From the NCBI GenBank assembly GCA_963725665.1, contig CAVRZA010000002.1, forward strand, positions 1 through 64,000: a stretch of 64,000 nucleotides of DNA, written 5' to 3'. Positions 31,359 through 41,194 of the stretch are shown here, one piece after another. The stretch is from an uncultured Actinomycetes bacterium. Lineage in GTDB: Bacteria; Actinomycetota; Thermoleophilia; UBA2241. The stretch's first letter is position 1. Each line of letters opens with the position of its first letter. A program made the translations under genes and the position numbers. A model generated the notes under the pieces. It did not search any database. It was not told the origin of the DNA and saw only the letters and a program-made list of their open reading frames with translations.

Positions 31359-31988
31359 GTGGTGCTCGCGGCCATCCACGAGGCGCTGGTCTCCGCCGCG
31401 GTGTCCTTCTCGATCCTAGCGCCGCTGCCGCGGCTAGACGCCGAGGGGGAGCGCTACTCGCCCCTGTTCACGGCGCTCGTCGCGGAGGGCAAGGACGCAG
31501 ACGGGGACGCTGAGGCGGCAGCGGGGCCGGCCGACTACCCGCTCGCCATCGAGCTCATCTACGAAGGCTACCTGCTCCACTACCGGCGCAGCAGGGTCGC
31601 CTCGCCGGGCGGTGACGAAGCTAGCCGGCTGCTCGCCGGCGACTACCTGTACGCCCGCGGTCTGCGCGTTGTCGCCGCCGCCGGCGACGTCGACTCCGTG
31701 CGCCTTCTGACGCGGCTCATGGCAGTCTGCTCTTACCTGCGCGCGGAGGGCGCCGACTTCTCCTTCGACGACGACGTCTGGGCGTTCACCGTCGCCGCTC
31801 TCGCGGCCCTGCGCCTGGGATGCCCCGTGACGCGGCCCGAGGCGACCTTCGCTGCCGTCGAGGGGGCCATCGTCGAGGGCGAGCTCGGGCTCGTGCCCGG
31901 GTTGTTGCGCGATGGTGCGGCCGCGCTCGCGCTGCGCGATGCGCGGCCGCTCGAGGCCCACCTGCGCGGCTTCAGGGCCGCGGCCTGA
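31359..31988 (+). CDS. Hypothetical protein, possibly a polyprenyl-PP synthase small subunit (HepS-like)
   Basis: Helical protein with AIELIY..LLH..LLAGDYLY, no DDxxD motif; heads the menaquinone gene run. Confidence 0.5.
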   Translation: MVLAAIHEALVSAAVSFSILAPLPRLDAEGERYSPLFTALVAEGKDADGDAEAAAGPADYPLAIELIYEGYLLHYRRSRVASPGGDEASRLLAGDYLYARGLRVVAAAGDVDSVRLLTRLMAVCSYLRAEGADFSFDDDVWAFTVAALAALRLGCPVTRPEATFAAVEGAIVEGELGLVPGLLRDGAAALALRDARPLEAHLRGFRAAA

Positions 31989-32010
31989 ACGAGGCGTCAG
32001 TTCAGCTGTC

Positions 32011-33444
32011 GTGGATCTGCGCGACTTCATCGAACTGCTCGACGCCGAGGGCGAGCTGGCGCGTGTGCCGGCGCAGGTCGACCCCTACCTCGAGATGGCC
32101 GAGGTCGCCGATCGAGCCAGCAAGGCCCACGGGCCGGCCATCCTCTTCGAGAGCGCAAGAGGTAGCGAGCTTCCCGTCCTCATGAACCAGTTCGGCTCCT
32201 TCCGTCGCCTCGAGCTCGCGCTCGGGGCGCCGCTCGACGAGACCGCCGGCCGCATCGGTGCTCTCGTCGAGCTGCAGGTGCCGAAGGGCTTGGTCGGCAA
32301 GGTCAAGGCGCTGGGACAGCTCCGCGAGCTGGCCTCGTTCGCGCCGAAGACGGGCGCCAAGCCGCGCTTCCGCGAGGTCGTGATCGAGCCGCCCGATCTC
32401 CGCCGGCTGCCGGTGCTCACCACGTGGCCGGGTGACGGTGGCCCCTTCATCACGCTGCCGGTCGTGGTCACCAAGGACCGCGAGGGGCGCCGCAACGCGG
32501 GCATGTACCGCCTGCAGGTCTACGACGAGCGCACCACCGGGATGCACTGGCACGTCCACCACGACGGGGCCGCCAACTTCAGGCAGTCCGACGGGCGTCT
32601 CGAGGTCGCCGTCGCGCTCGGCACCGACCCCACCGTGACCTACGCCGCCACGGCGCCGCTTCCTCCCGGCATCGACGAGCTCATGTTCGCGGGCTTCCTG
32701 CGTGGCAAGCAGGTGGAGTTGGCCGCCTGTTCCACCGTCGATCTCGAGGTCCCGGCCGACGCCGAGATCGTCCTCGAGGGCTACGTCGAACGCGGCGAGC
32801 TGCGACGCGAGGGGCCGTTCGGCGACCACACGGGGTACTACTGCCTGGCCGACGACTACCCTGTCTTTCACCTCACGGCGATGAGCCACCGTCGCGACCC
32901 TGTCTATCCCGCGACCATCGTCGGCAAGCCACCCATGGAGGACGCCTACCTGGGCAAGGCTACCGAACGTCTCTTCTTGCCGCTCCTCAAGCTGACGCTG
33001 CCCGAGATCGTCGATCTCGAGCTGCCCATCGAGGGCGTGTTCCACAACTGCGCCGTAGTCGCGATCCGCAAGGCGTACCCAGGCCACGCGCGGAAGGTGA
33101 TGAACGCCGTGTGGGGCATGGGGCAGATGATGTTCACCAAGTTCGTGGTCGTCGTCGACGAGCACGTCGACGTGCACGACCCGCGCGAGGTGACCTGGCG
33201 CGTGTTCAACAACGTCGACCCGCGCCGCGATTGTGTCATCGTCGAGGGCCCGCTCGACGCGCTCGACCACGCCAGCCCCACGCCTCGGTACGGCGGCAAG
33301 ATGGGCATCGACGCGACCAAGACGTGGCTCGAGGAGGGGCAACCGCGCGAGTGGCCCGACGAGATCGCCATGGATCCGGCCGTCGTCGCCAAGGTCAGCG
33401 AGCGCTGGGCGGAGTTCAGGCTGCCCTTCTCGTCGGGGTCCTGA
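32011..33444 (+). CDS. ubiD: UbiD-family menaquinone biosynthesis decarboxylase
   Basis: DLRDFIELL, GMYRLQ, EGPFGDHTGYY, GKPPMED, GKMGIDAT. Confidence 0.93.
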   Translation: MDLRDFIELLDAEGELARVPAQVDPYLEMAEVADRASKAHGPAILFESARGSELPVLMNQFGSFRRLELALGAPLDETAGRIGALVELQVPKGLVGKVKALGQLRELASFAPKTGAKPRFREVVIEPPDLRRLPVLTTWPGDGGPFITLPVVVTKDREGRRNAGMYRLQVYDERTTGMHWHVHHDGAANFRQSDGRLEVAVALGTDPTVTYAATAPLPPGIDELMFAGFLRGKQVELAACSTVDLEVPADAEIVLEGYVERGELRREGPFGDHTGYYCLADDYPVFHLTAMSHRRDPVYPATIVGKPPMEDAYLGKATERLFLPLLKLTLPEIVDLELPIEGVFHNCAVVAIRKAYPGHARKVMNAVWGMGQMMFTKFVVVVDEHVDVHDPREVTWRVFNNVDPRRDCVIVEGPLDALDHASPTPRYGGKMGIDATKTWLEEGQPREWPDEIAMDPAVVAKVSERWAEFRLPFSSGS

Positions 33445-33465
33445 CCGTCTACACTTGAGTCCGTC

Positions 33466-33753
33466 ATGGTGCACAGGCGTAGATTCCTCGTCTTCTCGCT
33501 GGCCAACTGGGCGCTCGCCGTCGCCCTGTGGAGCATCAGCGCCTACCTCGGCATAACGTCGCCCACGAGCCTGTTCGTGTACTCGGTGCTGTTCGTGGTC
33601 GCCCTGGTCGCGGTCGTCGTGGGCATCATCTCGTGGCTCGTTTGGCGTTTCGGGCGCGACCTGCAGCCGGCGTCGGCCGACTCGGCGCCGCCCGCGGGCG
33701 GCGCCGAGTCGGCCGACGCCGGCGACCAGCGCGCGCCCGTCCCCAGCCGCTAG
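33466..33753 (+). CDS. Small membrane protein with two TM helices
   Basis: Two hydrophobic helices; tightly packed between ubiD and ubiA. Confidence 0.65.
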   Translation: MVHRRRFLVFSLANWALAVALWSISAYLGITSPTSLFVYSVLFVVALVAVVVGIISWLVWRFGRDLQPASADSAPPAGGAESADAGDQRAPVPSR

Positions 33754-33763
33754 CACCGCTCGC

Positions 33764-34651
33764 ATGGCCGACCATAGCGCCGCCCCGGCGAGCCAGCGCG
33801 CGGCCAGGCCGGTCCTCTTCGCGCGCCTCATCAAGGTCGAGCACAGCGTCTACGCGCTGCCCTTCGCCTATGCAGGGGCCATCCTCGCCGGTCTCGAGAT
33901 GCCGTCCTGGCAGGCGCTCGTCTGGATCACCGTGGCCATGGTGGCCGGACGAAGCGCGGCCATGGCCCTCAACCGGCTCATCGACGCCGAGCTCGACGCA
34001 CGCAACCCGCGCACGGCTTCTCGGGAGCTGCCAGCCGGCCGCCTGCGTCGTGGGGAAGTCGTCGCCTTCACTGCGGTCTCGCTCGGCGTCCTTGTGCTGG
34101 CCGCCTTCAACCTGTCACCGCCCTGCCGCTACCTGTGGCCGATCGTCGTCGCAGCCTTCGTGCTCTACCCCTACACTAAGCGTTTCACGTGGCTCTGCCA
34201 CTACGCGCTCGGGCTCACCGACGGACTCGCGCCGGCCGCGGCTTGGATCGCTGTCAGCGGATCGCTCGCCCTCGCGCCTGTGCTGCTCTTCTTCGCGGTA
34301 GGGCTCTGGGTGGGCGGTTTCGACGCCATCTACGGCTGCTTCGATGTCGACTTCGACCGTCGCGAGGGGATCCACTCGATCGCGGCCCGCTTCGGTGAAG
34401 CGGCGGCCTTGCGCGCCGCTGCCGCCTCGCACGTCGCCGCGGTCGGGCTGCTCGTGTGGGCCGGAGTCTCCTTGCGGCTCCCGATCGCCTATTGTGCCGG
34501 CATGGTCCTCGTTGGGGCGTTGCTGATGTGGTCGTCACTGGACATCGCGCGACGTGGCCTCTCACAGGTGGGGATGCGCTTCATGACCGCGAACGGCCTC
34601 GTGGGAATCGTCTACCTGGGGGTCGTCATGGTGGCGGTCCTGGCGTTCTAG
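33764..34651 (+). CDS. ubiA: UbiA-family prenyltransferase (MqnP-like)
   Basis: IKVEHSVYALPFA, NRLIDAELDARNPRT..RELPAG, YPYTKRF, FDAIY..D..FD. Confidence 0.92.
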   Translation: MADHSAAPASQRAARPVLFARLIKVEHSVYALPFAYAGAILAGLEMPSWQALVWITVAMVAGRSAAMALNRLIDAELDARNPRTASRELPAGRLRRGEVVAFTAVSLGVLVLAAFNLSPPCRYLWPIVVAAFVLYPYTKRFTWLCHYALGLTDGLAPAAAWIAVSGSLALAPVLLFFAVGLWVGGFDAIYGCFDVDFDRREGIHSIAARFGEAAALRAAAASHVAAVGLLVWAGVSLRLPIAYCAGMVLVGALLMWSSLDIARRGLSQVGMRFMTANGLVGIVYLGVVMVAVLAF

Positions 34652-34847
34652 CCAAGTCTCCTGCCCCGATCTCGGCTAACGCGCGCCGGGAAGTCCTTCT
34701 CCTGTCGTCGTGGCACGCTGTAACGTGCCGGTCGGGGCCTCAACGAGACATGCGGATCCACCCGCGGACGCCGAAAGGACGTAGAGTCAGCACCTGGTTT
34801 TCGCCTGGGACAAGCACCTAGTTTCGTGTTTGACTCGACCTTAGGCA

Positions 34848-34865
34848 TTGTGGCACCCTTCACAA
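34848..34865. promoter_or_regulatory. Putative Rex operator upstream of cytochrome cassette 1
   Basis: TTGTGGCACCCTTCACAA matches TTGTGAA-N4-TTCACAA at 12/14 positions. Confidence 0.65.
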
Positions 34866-34993
34866 AGCGCGTTCGTTCGACAAGCCGTATTCGCGAGCCG
34901 CCTTCTTAGCGCGAGTGAGAACGAGCGTGCGCCGAGCCGTGGGAGACATGAGGGAATGAGTCCGCAGACCGGCCGTGGCCGGAGAGCAGCGAG

Positions 34994-35926
34994 ATGAGCG
35001 CGCGCCTGCGCCGCTGGCTGCCCGTCTTCGCCGTCGTGGGCGCCGCCTTCCTGCTGGCCGCCGCCGTCTACGTCCCCGTACGGCTGACCTCCACGACCTC
35101 CTACTGTACCTCCTGCCACGAGATGAAGCTGGCCGGCGACAGCCTGAAGCGCTCCCCGCATCGCAACGTCGACTGCCTCTCGTGCCACGTCGACCCGGGA
35201 GTGGGCAACGCCATCACCTGGCGCCTGCAAGAGTCGAAGAACATCTGGGCGTCCTACCTCAACATGCCGGTCAACGAGGGCATGAGCAAGGAGGTGCACG
35301 TCCCCAGCAAGGCAGCCTGCACGCGCAGCGGCTGCCACGACCTGAGCTCGCTGGGCACGACCTTCGGCAACGTGAAGATGAACCACGCCCGGCACGTCGA
35401 GATGCGCGGGCTGACCTGCATCGATTGCCACAGTAGGGTCTCGCACGCCAAACAGGGAGAATCGACCGCCGTCTCCATGGCCTCCTGCTTCATGTGCCAC
35501 AACGGCGCCGCGGCCCCCAACCAGTGCAGCCTCTGCCACGTGACCGTGCCCGCTCAGGCCTCGCATCCACCCAACTACGTCCAGGACCACGGCCGCTTCG
35601 CGCTTCTCAACGAGGCTGAGTGCCTGCGCTGCCACCACGACAAGAAGGCCTTCTGCGACGCCTGCCACGCCAAGCCCACGCCGGCTCACTACTCCGGCAC
35701 CTGGCGCTACACCCACGGACCCACGGCGAGCGCCGACCGCGTCAGCTGTCTCGGCTGTCATGACTACCAGAGCTTCTGCGTCCAGTGCCACCAGGTCGAC
35801 CACCCGAGCGACTGGTCCTCGAGCCACGCAGCGGTGGCCACCAAGGGCGACGAGTCCTGCCTCGTCTGCCACCCGCGCAGCATGTGCAGCGATTGCCACC
35901 AGCAGCGGGGAGTCACCGCCCCGTGA
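34994..35926 (+). CDS. Membrane-anchored NapC/NirT-like multiheme cytochrome c (11 CXXCH + 1 CX4CH), copy 1
   Basis: N-terminal TM helix; first motif CTSCHEM (CXXCHXM); motifs counted by hand. Confidence 0.9.
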   Translation: MSARLRRWLPVFAVVGAAFLLAAAVYVPVRLTSTTSYCTSCHEMKLAGDSLKRSPHRNVDCLSCHVDPGVGNAITWRLQESKNIWASYLNMPVNEGMSKEVHVPSKAACTRSGCHDLSSLGTTFGNVKMNHARHVEMRGLTCIDCHSRVSHAKQGESTAVSMASCFMCHNGAAAPNQCSLCHVTVPAQASHPPNYVQDHGRFALLNEAECLRCHHDKKAFCDACHAKPTPAHYSGTWRYTHGPTASADRVSCLGCHDYQSFCVQCHQVDHPSDWSSSHAAVATKGDESCLVCHPRSMCSDCHQQRGVTAP

Positions 35927-36795
35927 GCCACCGCCGCCTGCTGGCCTTCGCCCTGGCCGCCGCTCTGGCGGCGCTCGCCGCCTGGGCGATGCTCCCCCGA
36001 GAGGCGTTCGCGCAGACGGCTCAGAATCAGAACCAGCGCTGCTTCGCCTGTCACGCGCAGAAGGGTCTGAGCACGGTAGAAGTGAACGGGGCGCTGCGCA
36101 GCGTGGAGGTGAACACCGACTACTGGGCGAGGTCGGTGCACTCGCGTCTCGACTGCACCGCCTGCCACGTCGGCTTCATTCCCGGCAAGCACACCGCCGC
36201 TCAGACCGAAGGCTGGTGGCAGCAGGCGGCGCTCAAGTCGTGCGCCAACTGCCACGCCAACGAGTTCGCCATGTACAAGGGCTCCTTCCACGGCAACTTG
36301 GTCATGAACGAGCAGTCCACGAACGCCCCGACCTGTGGTGACTGCCACGGATCCCACGCCATAGTGGCTACCAATGGCGCGGAGTTCCGAGGCTCTGTAC
36401 CCAGCATCTGCGGTCGCTGCCATCGTGAGCGCTCCTTCACGTACTCCGACACCTATCACGGGCAGGCTACCGAGCTCGGTGGTACTGCGGCCGCAGTGTG
36501 CACGGACTGCCACGGGAACCACAAGATCCTCCCGGCCTCGAACCCTCAGAGCCTCGTCTCTGACAAGCACATCGTGGCTACGTGCCGCAAGTGTCACCCA
36601 AAGGCCAACGCGCTTTTCGCCACCTACCTCGTACACGTCGATCGCGGCGACCCGAGGTCGTCGTTCATCATCTGGCTCTCCGACCTCGCCCACGCCGTTC
36701 TCATCGGCGTCCTCTTCGTGTTCGCCGGTTCGCACTCCCTGCTGTACTTCTATCGAGGACGACGGGAGGGGATCTATGGCCGCCGCACCCACTGA
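35923..36795 (+). CDS. Heptaheme cytochrome c with signal peptide and C-terminal TM helix (CbcA/CbcL-like), copy 1
   Basis: AFA|Q signal peptide, 7 CXXCH, C-terminal hydrophobic helix; GTGA overlap with the upstream gene. Confidence 0.88.
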   Translation: MSHRRLLAFALAAALAALAAWAMLPREAFAQTAQNQNQRCFACHAQKGLSTVEVNGALRSVEVNTDYWARSVHSRLDCTACHVGFIPGKHTAAQTEGWWQQAALKSCANCHANEFAMYKGSFHGNLVMNEQSTNAPTCGDCHGSHAIVATNGAEFRGSVPSICGRCHRERSFTYSDTYHGQATELGGTAAAVCTDCHGNHKILPASNPQSLVSDKHIVATCRKCHPKANALFATYLVHVDRGDPRSSFIIWLSDLAHAVLIGVLFVFAGSHSLLYFYRGRREGIYGRRTH

Positions 36796-37693
36796 CGTTC
36801 GGCCGACAAGGCAGCAGACGCACCCGTCGCGCACGGAGCAAGCGGTGGACGTCGGCAGCCTCGAGTACCGCCGCTTCGGGCCATTTCATCGCTGGGTGCA
36901 CTTCTTCGTGATGGCCAGCTTCACGGTCCTGGTCTTCACGGGCATGCCGCTCAAGTACAAGGATGCAGGGTGGGCCAGGACCGAGATGGACTTCATCGGC
37001 GGCGTGCAGGCGGCCGGGGTGTTCCACCGCTTTGCGGCGATGATCATGGTCTCGTGCGTTGTGTGCGAGCTGTTCTACTTCGCTCGCTATATCCTGGGCC
37101 GAAAGGGCCCTCTATGGGGTCCGGGTACGATGGTTCCCACGCGCAACGACTGGGCGGACATGAAGGCGATGTACCGCTGGTTCTTCGGCCTGGGACCCAA
37201 GCCTGAGGGATTCGACCGCTACACCTACTGGGAGAAGTTCGAGTTCTGGGCTGCCTCGGGCGGCGTGATGACGATGGTCGCCACCGGCTTCATGTTGTGG
37301 TTTCCTGTGCAGACCGCGCGGTTCCTGCCCGGCGTCTTCCTCAACTTGGCCATGGTGAACCATGCGGGCGGCGCCTTACTCGCCATGGGGTTCGTGTTCG
37401 TCTTCTGGCACGTCTTTCACGCCCACTTCAGGCCCGAGGTGTTCCCCTTCGACAAGGTGATGTTCGATGGCACGATGCCGGCTCCGGAGTATGCCGAAGA
37501 GCGGTCCGTGGAGTACCAGCGCCGCGTGCGCTCGGGCACGCTCAGCGAAGTGCTCGTCGAACCTGCTGGGCATACGCGCAAGGCGTTCGAGAACGTCGTT
37601 TGGTGGGCGATCACCCTCATTGCCATGGTCGTCTGGACCATCTTCGCTGTGTTCACGGCGTGGATCACGCTGCTTTGGATCGGCGTACTCTAG
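36776..37693 (+). CDS. Di-heme cytochrome b (FdnI/HydC/CbcB-like), copy 1
   Basis: RRF..FHRWVH..TGMPLKY, FHRFAA, FDRYTYWEKFEFW, NHA and FWH His ligands. Confidence 0.87.
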   Translation: MAAAPTDVRPTRQQTHPSRTEQAVDVGSLEYRRFGPFHRWVHFFVMASFTVLVFTGMPLKYKDAGWARTEMDFIGGVQAAGVFHRFAAMIMVSCVVCELFYFARYILGRKGPLWGPGTMVPTRNDWADMKAMYRWFFGLGPKPEGFDRYTYWEKFEFWAASGGVMTMVATGFMLWFPVQTARFLPGVFLNLAMVNHAGGALLAMGFVFVFWHVFHAHFRPEVFPFDKVMFDGTMPAPEYAEERSVEYQRRVRSGTLSEVLVEPAGHTRKAFENVVWWAITLIAMVVWTIFAVFTAWITLLWIGVL

Positions 37694-38242
37694 GAGCGCC
37701 GTGACCAAAGGCTTGCGCTCCGGCGTACGGCCCCGCCTTGCCCAGAGGGCCGGATCTCGATCCGAACCGCCCCGTGTAGCGCGAATGGGCACACGGCCCC
37801 GCCGTTGCGACCTGCGTCAGACGTGACTACCAGGTCTGTGGCACCCAGCGGTCTGCCAGAGTGTGACAAGCGCGCCGCTTCCTCACTGCGCTCGTACCGT
37901 CCGGCCTAGACCCCACTTATGTCCTGGGCGATGCTCTAGGAGGAGCGTCAGCCGCGGCTCTTCCGTGGGCTTGCGTCAGGTCTTGTCCCCCATCCCCATG
38001 GGGAATGCGAGAGAAACGACAGCCTGACCTCGACCCGTACTCCGCAGTGTCACCTCGCCGCTGTCATGATGCGACGATTTCCCTGCATATCGGGATGCAC
38101 GTGGACGGCGTACCCTAGAAGCTTCTGGGGTTACTACCCTAGACACTAGGGTGGTACTCCTGGGGTAAATTGGGGTGCTGACGCACGTCAGAATGGGACG
38201 AGCAACCGAGTCTCACCGCGCCCCCCCATCGGTACACTAGTT

Positions 38243-38260
38243 ATGTGACTTGAAGCACAA
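38243..38260. promoter_or_regulatory. Weak Rex-like operator upstream of the small ORF at 38285
   Basis: ATGTGACTTGAAGCACAA, 10/14 match to consensus. Confidence 0.4.
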
Positions 38261-38284
38261 GCTAGCGCCAGAGAGGAGGCGACG

Positions 38285-38467
38285 ATGGGCATAGTCGAGT
38301 TGCTTGCATGGGTGGTGTTCGGTGCGATCTGGGTGGGTCTCGTCACGGTGGCGATTCTCGTCATCCTGATGGCGTTCGGGGTCACTCGGTCGGTCATCGC
38401 TGCTCGGGCTGCCGCGGTCACCAAGTCCTTGGTCCCAGCGCGGCATCAGAGCCCGCAGACGCGGTAG
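38285..38467 (+). CDS. Small single-TM protein (60 aa)
   Basis: GAGGAGG ribosome-binding site; LAWVVFG hydrophobic helix. Confidence 0.65.
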   Translation: MGIVELLAWVVFGAIWVGLVTVAILVILMAFGVTRSVIAARAAAVTKSLVPARHQSPQTR

Positions 38468-38765
38468 TCGTCCTTGGCCTGCCCCCCCGGCCGCGGAAGC
38501 GTCTGGGATTCGCAGACCGGCCGAGTGAACATGTGTCTCGCCGGTCGGTGTCAGGGAAAGGGGCGGGGCGCCTTGGGACCGGCTCACGCCTTGGAGGGAG
38601 TCCTGCCGGCGCCCCGGGGACGGATGCTGTTGGCTGACTGAGCGTGTCCGCGCTCGGTCCTCAGCCGCCGCCCTTCTTCGAAGTCTCGCGAGTTCAAGCG
38701 CCACGCGTCGCTCGTCGCGGAGTCTCCGTCTTTCAGCTCGTTCTCTTCAGCCCATCCTGTGTGAG

Positions 38766-38897
38766 CTACTCGTCCGGCTCCTGCTGCTTGCGTCGCCCCG
38801 GAAGCACGATCTTCAAGAGGACCACTACCACGAAAGCGACGCCCGCTGCGAGTACCAAGCCGAACGGGATCCACGCCAGTGACTTGATGAGTTCCAC
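38766..38897 (-). CDS. Small single-TM protein (43 aa), below the ORF-track size cutoff
   Basis: GGAGG ribosome-binding site + GTG; MELIKSLAWIPFGLVLAAGVAFVVVVLLKIVLPGRRKQQEPDE. Confidence 0.6.
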   Translation of the reverse strand: MELIKSLAWIPFGLVLAAGVAFVVVVLLKIVLPGRRKQQEPDE

Positions 38898-38993
38898 CGT
38901 CGCCTCCCCAGGGGTCAGCACCAGCCTTGATCTGACCTCGCCTCCGGTCGACCGCTGCCCCTACATCAGGAGCGTGCTCTCGTGATCACCGGA

Positions 38994-39011
38994 TTGAGGC
39001 ACCCTTCACAG
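38994..39011. promoter_or_regulatory. Putative Rex-like operator
   Basis: TTGAGGCACCCTTCACAG, 16/18 identical to the site at 34848. Confidence 0.55.
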
Positions 39012-39251
39012 GGAGCACTAGCCTATCGGCAAACGACCCTCCGGTAAAGACTGTACTCGTCTGGGGTGTTGTCCCATTCCCCGCTGACGTGACGATCTGT
39101 GGCTGGAGGTCCGTGCGTGCGACTCCGAGCGTTCGTCTCACCGGTACGCCCGCCGCTTTCGAGTCTATTCAGGTTCGGGTCGGGATCGAAGCAAAGCTTC
39201 GGCTCTGCGCGTCATAACGGAGGCTGGGGTGGGTTTGACACCGGACCCAGC

Positions 39252-39269
39252 CTGAGGCATTGTTCACAA
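39252..39269. promoter_or_regulatory. Putative Rex-like operator overlapping the promoter of cassette 2
   Basis: CTGAGGCATTGTTCACAA with a perfect right half-site; TTGACA (39235-39240) lies 17 bp before CATTGT. Confidence 0.5.
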
Positions 39270-39397
39270 GCGTTTTCGATTTCGTGTGTCGGCGCCGTCG
39301 TTACACCATTCTTCCTGTATCTTCGCCGGCGGCGCGCGAGGAGCCATCGGGGGATTGACGGATGAGTGGGCGGTACCCTACCCGGCGCGATGGGAAG

Positions 39398-40331
39398 ATG
39401 AGCGCGCGCCTGCGCCGCTGGCTGCCCGTCTTCGCCGTCGTGGGCGCCGCCTTTCTGCTGGCCGCCGCCGTCTACGTCCCCGTACGGCTGACCTCCACGA
39501 CCTCCTACTGCACCTCCTGCCACGAGATGAAGCTGGCCGGCGACAGCCTGAAGCGCTCCCCGCATCGCAACGTCGACTGCCTCTCGTGCCACGTCGACCC
39601 GGGAGTGGGCAACGCCATCACCTGGCGCCTGCAGGAGTCGAAGAACATCTGGGCGTCCTACCTCAACATGCCGGTCAACGAGGGCATGAGCAAGGAGGTG
39701 CACGTCCCCAGCAAGGCGGCCTGCACGCGCAGCGGCTGCCACGACCTGAGCTCGCTGGGCACGACCTTCGGCAACGTGAAGATGAACCACGCCCGGCACG
39801 TGCAGATAGCCGGGCTGACCTGCATCGACTGTCACAAGACCACCGCCCATTCCGCCAAGGGCCAGTCCGCCGTCGGTCTCCATGGCCTCCTGCTTCATGT
39901 GCCACAACGGCGCCGCGGCCCCCAACCAGTGCAGCCTCTGCCACGTGACCGTGCCCGCTCAGGCCTCGCATCCACCCAACTACGTCCAGGACCACGGCCG
40001 CTTCGCGCTTCTCAACGAGGCTGAGTGCCTGCGCTGCCACCACGACAAGAAGGCCTTCTGCGACGCCTGCCACGCCAAGCCCACGCCGGCTCACTACTCC
40101 GGCACCTGGCGCTACACCCACGGACCCACGGCGAGCGCCGACCGCGTCAGCTGTCTCGGCTGTCATGACTACCAGAGCTTCTGCGTCCAGTGCCACCAGG
40201 TCGACCACCCGAGCGACTGGTCCTCGAGCCACGGTCAAGCCGCGACCGCAGCCCCGAAGTCCTGCCTCGTCTGCCACCCGCGCAGCATGTGCAGCGATTG
40301 CCACCAGCAGCGGGGAGTCACCGCCCCGTGA
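39398..40331 (+). CDS. NapC/NirT-like 12-heme cytochrome c, copy 2, frameshifted near 39860-39875
   Basis: Near-identical to 34994-35926; split over ORFs 39362-40024 and 39882-40331; alternative in-frame start at 39362. Confidence 0.87.
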
Positions 40332-41194
40332 GCCACCGCCGCCTGCTGGCCTTCGCCCTGGCCGCCGCTCTGGCGGCGCTCGCCGCCTGGGCGATGCTCC
40401 CCCGAGAGGCGTTTGCGCAGACGAACCAGGACAACGAACGCTGCCTTCGCTGTCACGCCGACATGTCGGGCACAGTCTCCGCCAACGGCACGCACGCGAG
40501 CCTCGCGGTGTCGCCCGAGACGTACGGCTCCTCGGTGCACTCGCTCCTCGACTGCACCAGTTGCCATCCCAACTTCACCGCGGGTGAGCATTCGGCGGCG
40601 CAGACCGCGGACTGGTGGCGCAAGGCGACTCTTGAATCCTGCGCCAACTGCCACTCCGGCCAGGCCGCGATGTACAAGGGCTCCTTCCACGGCAACCTGG
40701 TCATGAACCAGGGTGCGACCAACGTCCCTACCTGCGGAGGTTGCCACGGCTCACACGGCATCATGAGCACGACGACGAGGAAGTTCCGCGTCTCCATCCT
40801 AGACATGTGCGGTCGCTGTCACGGCGGGCGTGCTGCAAGCTATCTCGATGTGTATCACGGCAAGGCGTTCAAGCTAGGCGACGACTCAGCGGCTGTGTGC
40901 ACGGATTGCCACGGCGCGCATAGGATCCTGCCGGCCTCGAATCCCCAGAGCCTCGTCTCCAGTGAGCACATCGTAGCCACGTGCGCAAAGTGCCATCCCG
41001 GCGCGAATGCTCAGTTCGCCACCTACCTCGTGCACGTCGATCCAAGCTCACCGAAATCGTCCCTGACGGTGTGGCTGTTCTATGCCGCCTACTTCCTGCT
41101 GATCGCCGTCATCTTCACGTTCGGTGCAGTACACAGCGCGATGTACTTCTACAGGGGGCGAAAGGAGGGGATGTATAGCCGTGGCGCAGACTGA
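40328..41194 (+). CDS. Heptaheme cytochrome c (CbcA-like), copy 2
   Basis: Signal peptide identical to copy 1, 7 CXXCH, C-terminal TM helix. Confidence 0.88.
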   Translation: MSHRRLLAFALAAALAALAAWAMLPREAFAQTNQDNERCLRCHADMSGTVSANGTHASLAVSPETYGSSVHSLLDCTSCHPNFTAGEHSAAQTADWWRKATLESCANCHSGQAAMYKGSFHGNLVMNQGATNVPTCGGCHGSHGIMSTTTRKFRVSILDMCGRCHGGRAASYLDVYHGKAFKLGDDSAAVCTDCHGAHRILPASNPQSLVSSEHIVATCAKCHPGANAQFATYLVHVDPSSPKSSLTVWLFYAAYFLLIAVIFTFGAVHSAMYFYRGRKEGMYSRGAD

